This document shows, in pieces, positions 59,600-64,000 of a DNA stretch of 64,000 bases. Source of the stretch: Gammaproteobacteria bacterium. Lineage in GTDB: Bacteria; Pseudomonadota; Gammaproteobacteria; Steroidobacterales; Woeseiaceae. The translations under genes and the position numbers were made by a program. The stretch covers positions 38,300-102,299 of the forward strand of contig JAOUHU010000005.1 in the NCBI GenBank assembly GCA_029884455.1, in the 5' to 3' direction. A model generated the notes under the pieces. The model did no database searches, was not told the origin of the DNA, and was given only the letters and a program-made list of their open reading frames with translations. Each line of letters opens with the position of its first letter. Position 1 is the stretch's first letter.

Positions 59600-60930
59600 G
59601 CAGGAAATATTTCGGTACCGATGGCGTGCGGGGCAAGGTCGGTACAGAGCCGATGACAGCCGATTTCGCCATGCGGCTTGCGAGCGCAGCGGCGCAGGTT
59701 CTCATTCCGGATGGTGGCACCGTGCTGATCGGCAAAGACACGCGGCTCTCCGGCTATATGTTCGAATCGGCACTCGAAGCCGGGTTCGTTGCGGCCGGTA
59801 TCGATGTATTGCTGCTCGGCCCGTTGCCGACGCCAGGCATTGCGCAGCTGACCCAGCAATTTATGGCCGATCTCGGTGTGGTTATCAGCGCCTCGCACAA
59901 TCTGTACGAAGACAATGGCATCAAGTTTTTTGACCGAAGTGGCGCCAAGCTGAGCGACGATATCGAGCGCAAGATCGAAGCGCACCTTGCGAAACCGGCA
60001 ATTACGCGTGAATCAGGATTGCTGGGCAAGGCAAAACGCATCGATACTGCACGTGTTCGCTACCAGGAATTCGCTGCATCGACATTTCCCGCCGGCCAGA
60101 CGCTGAAGGATTTCAAGATCGTCTTTGATGGAGCCAATGGTGCCGGGTATAAGGTCGGTCCCCGCACACTGAGTGCGCTTGGCGCCGACGTAATCCCGAT
60201 CGGCTGTTCGCCAAATGGCCGCAATATCAACGATGGCTGTGGATCCACGCACACCGAATTATTGCAGCTCACCGTGCCCGCCGTCCGCGCCAACGTCGGC
60301 ATCGCGCTCGATGGCGATGGCGACCGGGTGGTCATGGTCGATGAATTCGGCAAGCTGGTCGATGGTGACCAGATGCTTTACATCCTGGCCACCGCGCTGC
60401 ATCGGAGTGGCAGGCTTACCGGGCCGGTCGTTGGCACGGTGATGAGCAATCTCGGACTCGAGCATGCACTGAACAGCGTCGACATCGAATTTCGCCGCGC
60501 TGCCGTTGGTGACCGCTATGTGCTTGAAACGCTGCGCGAAACAGGCGGTGTTATCGGCGGTGAGACGTCCGGGCATATGATCGTGCTTGACCAGACGACA
60601 ACCGGCGATGGCCTGGTCTGTGCCTTGCAGATATTGGCTGTTATGAAGGAAACCGGCAGGACCTTGTCGGAGCTGGCGGCTGGCATGTCGAAATACCCGC
60701 AAGTCATGCTGAACGTGCGTACCGGGAAACAGTTCGACCCGGCCGCATCTGCCGTTATTCAGGAAGCGGTCGTGGCCGCCGAGAATGAGCTGGCCAAGTC
60801 CGGGCGGGTCGTTTTGCGGGCCTCCGGCACGGAGCCAGTGATCCGGGTCATGGTTGAGGGCGAGAATCACGCACAGGTGGTCGCCCTGGCGGAGCGTCTG
60901 GCTGCGGTCGTGGCTGTCGCGGCGCGCTGA
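59596..60930 (+). CDS. glmM: Phosphoglucosamine mutase
   Basis: 444 aa. YFGTDGVRG, active-site SASHN, GDGDR, GGETSGH. Confidence 0.95.
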   Translation: MSRKYFGTDGVRGKVGTEPMTADFAMRLASAAAQVLIPDGGTVLIGKDTRLSGYMFESALEAGFVAAGIDVLLLGPLPTPGIAQLTQQFMADLGVVISASHNLYEDNGIKFFDRSGAKLSDDIERKIEAHLAKPAITRESGLLGKAKRIDTARVRYQEFAASTFPAGQTLKDFKIVFDGANGAGYKVGPRTLSALGADVIPIGCSPNGRNINDGCGSTHTELLQLTVPAVRANVGIALDGDGDRVVMVDEFGKLVDGDQMLYILATALHRSGRLTGPVVGTVMSNLGLEHALNSVDIEFRRAAVGDRYVLETLRETGGVIGGETSGHMIVLDQTTTGDGLVCALQILAVMKETGRTLSELAAGMSKYPQVMLNVRTGKQFDPAASAVIQEAVVAAENELAKSGRVVLRASGTEPVIRVMVEGENHAQVVALAERLAAVVAVAAR

Positions 60931-61009
60931 CGCGGGCTATCAATCACGTTGATTTACCGGGTTTGCCCCGGTATCCTGCGCGCCATTTTGGCGTTCGGTA
61001 CTTGTGTCT

Positions 61010-61768
61010 ATGCGCGACATCCTGGTAGCCGGGAATTGGAAGATGAACGGCGACACGGCCCGAAATTCCGAGCTGTTGGCCGGCATTCTGGCCGGCGCGC
61101 CGACCTCGGACCGGGTCAAATTGCTGGTTTGCCCGCCATTTCCTTACCTTGCGGACGTTGCCAGGCAGATCGCCGGCAGCCCGTTACAGCTCGGTGCGCA
61201 AACGGTCTCGGAACACCCGGCCGGGGCGTTCACAGGCGAGGTATCCGTGGCCATGCTGCGGGATATCGGCTGTTCGCATGTGCTGGTCGGCCATTCCGAA
61301 CGGCGGAGCCTGTACGGCGAGTCCAGTTCTGATGTTGCGGCCAAGTTCGCAGCGGCGATAGACGGCGGTTTGCGCCCGGTACTCTGTGTCGGTGAAACGC
61401 TGGCGGAGCGCAATGCCGGCCAGACCGAGCAGGTGGTTGATCAGCAGCTGAATGCGGTGCTGGAGCGTGTGGGCATCGCCGCATTTGCCCGCGCCATTGT
61501 GGCCTATGAACCCGTTTGGGCGATTGGCACTGGCCTGACCGCGACGCCGCAGCAGGCGCAGGACGTGCACCGGCATATTCGTTCAGTGCTGGCAGCACAC
61601 GATGCGGATATTGCCGAGGCAATACTTATCCTGTACGGCGGCAGTGTGAAAGGCGACAATGCCGCAGGTCTGTTCTCGATGCCGGACATCGATGGCGGCC
61701 TGATCGGCGGCGCCTCGTTAAAGGCGGGTGATTTTCTGGCAATTGCCGACGCGGCAGCCAGTCTTTGA
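61010..61768 (+). CDS. tpiA: Triosephosphate isomerase
   Basis: Start at ATG 61010 (MRDILVAGNWKMNG). GHSERR, AYEPVWAIGTG, GGASL. Confidence 0.95.
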   Translation: MRDILVAGNWKMNGDTARNSELLAGILAGAPTSDRVKLLVCPPFPYLADVARQIAGSPLQLGAQTVSEHPAGAFTGEVSVAMLRDIGCSHVLVGHSERRSLYGESSSDVAAKFAAAIDGGLRPVLCVGETLAERNAGQTEQVVDQQLNAVLERVGIAAFARAIVAYEPVWAIGTGLTATPQQAQDVHRHIRSVLAAHDADIAEAILILYGGSVKGDNAAGLFSMPDIDGGLIGGASLKAGDFLAIADAAASL

Positions 61769-61775
61769 GGTTTTA

Positions 61776-62171
61776 ATGGACACAATTCAAAAAGCAGTGC
61801 TGATTGCACATACCCTGATTGCTCTCGGAATTATCCTGCTGGTCCTGATGCAGCGCGGCAAAGGTGCCGATGCCGGTGCCGGGTTTGGCGCCGGCGCATC
61901 AGGTACCGTGTTCGGTGCGCGTGGCTCCGGCAGTTTCTTTTCCCGGGCGACGGCAATCCTGGCGACAGCATTTTTTGTCAGCAGCCTCACGCTGGCTTAC
62001 CTGAGCAGCCAGCGTGCGACCGGTCCGGAAGAGCGCCTGATCGAAAATGTGCTGCCGCCGGCCGACCCCGTGGAATCGGTGCCTGATTTTGCCGATGATG
62101 AAATGCCGGCACTTGAGCCAGAAGAGGGTGTCAACGAGGCGGGCGAATTGCCGGAACTGGAAGGCGAATAA
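61776..62171 (+). CDS. secG: Preprotein translocase subunit SecG (with acidic C-terminal extension)
   Basis: Start at ATG 61776. LIALGIILLVLMQRGKGADAGAGFG signature. Position is tpiA-secG-tRNA-Leu. Confidence 0.85.
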   Translation: MDTIQKAVLIAHTLIALGIILLVLMQRGKGADAGAGFGAGASGTVFGARGSGSFFSRATAILATAFFVSSLTLAYLSSQRATGPEERLIENVLPPADPVESVPDFADDEMPALEPEEGVNEAGELPELEGE

Positions 62172-62198
62172 GGAACTGTTGGCCGGACCAAAAAATTT

Positions 62199-62283
62199 GC
62201 TCTGGTGGTGGAATTGGTAGACACGCTGTCTTGAGGGGGCAGTGGCGCAAGCCGTGCGAGTTCGAGTCTCGCCCAGAGCACCA
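62199..62283 (+). tRNA. tRNA-Leu (anticodon GAG)
   Basis: GCTCTGG...CCAGAGC acceptor stem, anticodon stem CTGTC/GGCAG with loop TTGAGGG, long variable arm, T-arm GCGAGTTCGAGTCTCGC, encoded CCA; 85 nt. Confidence 0.9.
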
Positions 62284-62365
62284 ATATCTTTTACAATGTC
62301 GCGCTGATTTGCAGGGCAATTTCAATCGCGAGACCGGCCCCTAGCGGACTCGACGACAGGCAGAA

Positions 62366-62722
62366 ATGTTACAGAATTACTTTCCGATCCTGGTTTTCCT
62401 TGGCGTTGCCTCCGGCATCGGCATTCTGCTGCTGGCGCTGGGCTTTCTCATTGGCCGTGGCGGCAAGGATGACGAGAAGCTGTCGCCGTATGAGTGTGGT
62501 TTTGAACCCTTTGATGATTCGCGTACCAAATTTGATGTGCGTTATTACCTGGTCGCGATCCTGTTTATCATTTTTGATCTTGAGATTGCGTTCCTGTTCC
62601 CCTGGGCCGTGTCACTGGATGCCGTCGGCCGTTTCGGTATCGTCGCAATGGCCTTGTTTCTCGCGATTCTCGTCGTTGGATTCATCTATGAGTGGAAGAA
62701 AGGGGCGCTTGAATGGGATTAG
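62366..62722 (+). CDS. nuoA: NADH-quinone oxidoreductase subunit A
   Basis: 118 aa. [22 protein letters not shown]. Confidence 0.9.
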   Translation: MLQNYFPILVFLGVASGIGILLLALGFLIGRGGKDDEKLSPYECGFEPFDDSRTKFDVRYYLVAILFIIFDLEIAFLFPWAVSLDAVGRFGIVAMALFLAILVVGFIYEWKKGALEWD

Positions 62723-63240
62723 TCACTGGCGCTGAGGCGGCCATTGCAGACCCTGCTGCAGCCGATGCGGGTGCGAGTCTGCAGGAAAAGGGCTTCGTCG
62801 TAACAAGCGTTGATGCCGTGATGAACTGGGCGCGCACCGGTTCACTCTGGCCCATGACTTTCGGTCTCGCCTGCTGTGCCGTTGAGATGATGCAGGCCGG
62901 TGCTTCGCGTTACGACCTGGATCGATTTGGCATTATTTTCCGGCCCAGTCCGCGACAATCCGATTGCATGATTGTTGCCGGCACGCTGACCAACAAGATG
63001 GCACCTGCCTTGCGCAAGGTGTACGACCAGATGCCCGAGCCGCGTTGGGTTGTGTCCATGGGGTCATGCGCCAATGGTGGCGGTTACTACCACTACTCTT
63101 ATTCCGTAGTTCGCGGTTGTGATCGAATCGTACCGGTGGATGTTTACGTGCCTGGCTGTCCGCCAACGGCAGAGGCGCTGATTTACGGGCTGATTCAACT
63201 GCAGAACAAAATCCGCCGCACGAGCACAATAGCCAGATAA
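62713..63240 (+). CDS. nuoB: NADH-quinone oxidoreductase subunit B
   Basis: 175 aa. [32 protein letters not shown] (N2 cluster ligands). Confidence 0.95.
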   Translation: MGLVTGAEAAIADPAAADAGASLQEKGFVVTSVDAVMNWARTGSLWPMTFGLACCAVEMMQAGASRYDLDRFGIIFRPSPRQSDCMIVAGTLTNKMAPALRKVYDQMPEPRWVVSMGSCANGGGYYHYSYSVVRGCDRIVPVDVYVPGCPPTAEALIYGLIQLQNKIRRTSTIAR

Positions 63241-63249
63241 GAATCGGAA

Positions 63250-63951
63250 ATGACTGACCAGTACGGGACTTTGGATGCTCGGATAAAAGAGCGCTTTGGC
63301 GATCAGGTGACTCGCATCGCGTCGAGCTGTGGTGAACTGACGATCGAAGTGGGGAAAGAGGACCTGCTTGCGGTGGCGATGGCGTTGCGCAACGAACCTG
63401 AATTCGGATTCGAAATGCTTATGGATGTTTGCGGGGTGGACTATCTCGCCTATGGCGAGTCCGAATGGACCACCTCATCGGCCACTGGTAGCGGTTTCAG
63501 CCGCGGTGTACAGCGTCGTCCGGTGATTCTTGATGAAGCGGATGAATTCGACGCGCGTCGTTTCGCGGTCGTCTATCACCTGTTATCGCTGCGCAACAAT
63601 ACGCGTTTGCGCATGCGCGTATTTACCGGCACCGACAATCCGCCGCGAGTTCGTTCGCTGGTTGACATCTGGAATTCGGCGAACTGGTTCGAACGCGAGG
63701 CGTTCGACATGTTCGGTATTCTTTTCGAGGGACATCCGGATCTACGCCGGGTGTTGACCGACTATGGTTTTATCGGCCATCCGTTCCGCAAGGATTTTCC
63801 CCTGTCCGGCAATGTCGAGGTGAGTTATGACCCGGCAAAGGGACGGGTTGCGTATCAGCCTGTGTCGATAGAGCCGAGGACGCTCGTGCCGCGTGTGATT
63901 CGCGATGACAATCGTTATGACGAACAATTGCGGGACACCGGAAATGAGTGA
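63250..63951 (+). CDS. nuoC: NADH-quinone oxidoreductase subunit C (separate from NuoD)
   Basis: 233 aa. [33 protein letters not shown]-type motif. Confidence 0.9.
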   Translation: MTDQYGTLDARIKERFGDQVTRIASSCGELTIEVGKEDLLAVAMALRNEPEFGFEMLMDVCGVDYLAYGESEWTTSSATGSGFSRGVQRRPVILDEADEFDARRFAVVYHLLSLRNNTRLRMRVFTGTDNPPRVRSLVDIWNSANWFEREAFDMFGILFEGHPDLRRVLTDYGFIGHPFRKDFPLSGNVEVSYDPAKGRVAYQPVSIEPRTLVPRVIRDDNRYDEQLRDTGNE

Positions 63952-64000
63952 GATTCATAACTACTCGATGAATTTCGGCCCGCAGCATCCTGCGGCACAC
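63944..64000 (+). CDS. nuoD: NADH-quinone oxidoreductase subunit D, 5' end only (runs off the window)
   Basis: ATG 63944 overlaps the nuoC stop. [19 protein letters not shown] is the conserved NuoD N-terminus. Confidence 0.8.
   Translation, partial: MSEIHNYSMNFGPQHPAAH

Noticed and set aside
58210-59985. 333-aa and 255-aa minus-strand ORFs opposite ftsH/folP/glmM
   Set aside because: They are antisense to three well-supported genes and are Arg/Ala/Ser-rich with no motifs. These are typical shadow ORFs.

Overview
The window looks like a chromosomal segment of a moderately GC-rich gammaproteobacterium. From smpB to secG/tRNA-Leu the gene order follows the Pseudomonas-type backbone: smpB-ssrA, ratA-rnfH, bamE, fur, recN, (nadK, hrcA), grpE-dnaK-dnaJ, dapB, carAB, greA, yhbY, rlmE-ftsH-folP-glmM, tpiA-secG-tRNA-Leu, then nuoABCD. 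Most of it is ordinary housekeeping sequence: dnaX-ybaB-recR, rsgA, orn, ppsA/ppsR, prc, two purine deaminases, SRP RNA and tmRNA.

Two regions stand out.

(1) Positions 1-4330 hold a markedly AT-rich insertion. It carries a three-gene cassette: a GPH-type transporter, a PfkB sugar kinase and an ADP-ribosylglycohydrolase-family enzyme. This is the same family content as the uncharacterised E. coli yegTUV operon. On the left it is flanked by the first 16 codons of an integrase-like gene. On the right it is flanked by a 28-nt tRNA 3'-end-like fragment. I read it as a tRNA-targeting genomic island whose left end lies outside the window.

(2) Positions 26078-31208 hold a minus-strand cluster of poorly characterised genes. 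A secreted HExxH (gluzincin-like) peptidase is translationally coupled to a ~500-aa AAA+ ATPase. These are followed by a coiled-coil protein with a C-terminal FHA domain and two small membrane proteins. The cluster is transcribed divergently from an NlpC/P60 lipoprotein gene. A perfect CRP-type palindrome precedes two further unknown genes downstream.

I found no CRISPR array, IS element, prophage structural genes or recognisable defence-system enzymes. All family assignments come from reading motifs by eye; no database search was run.
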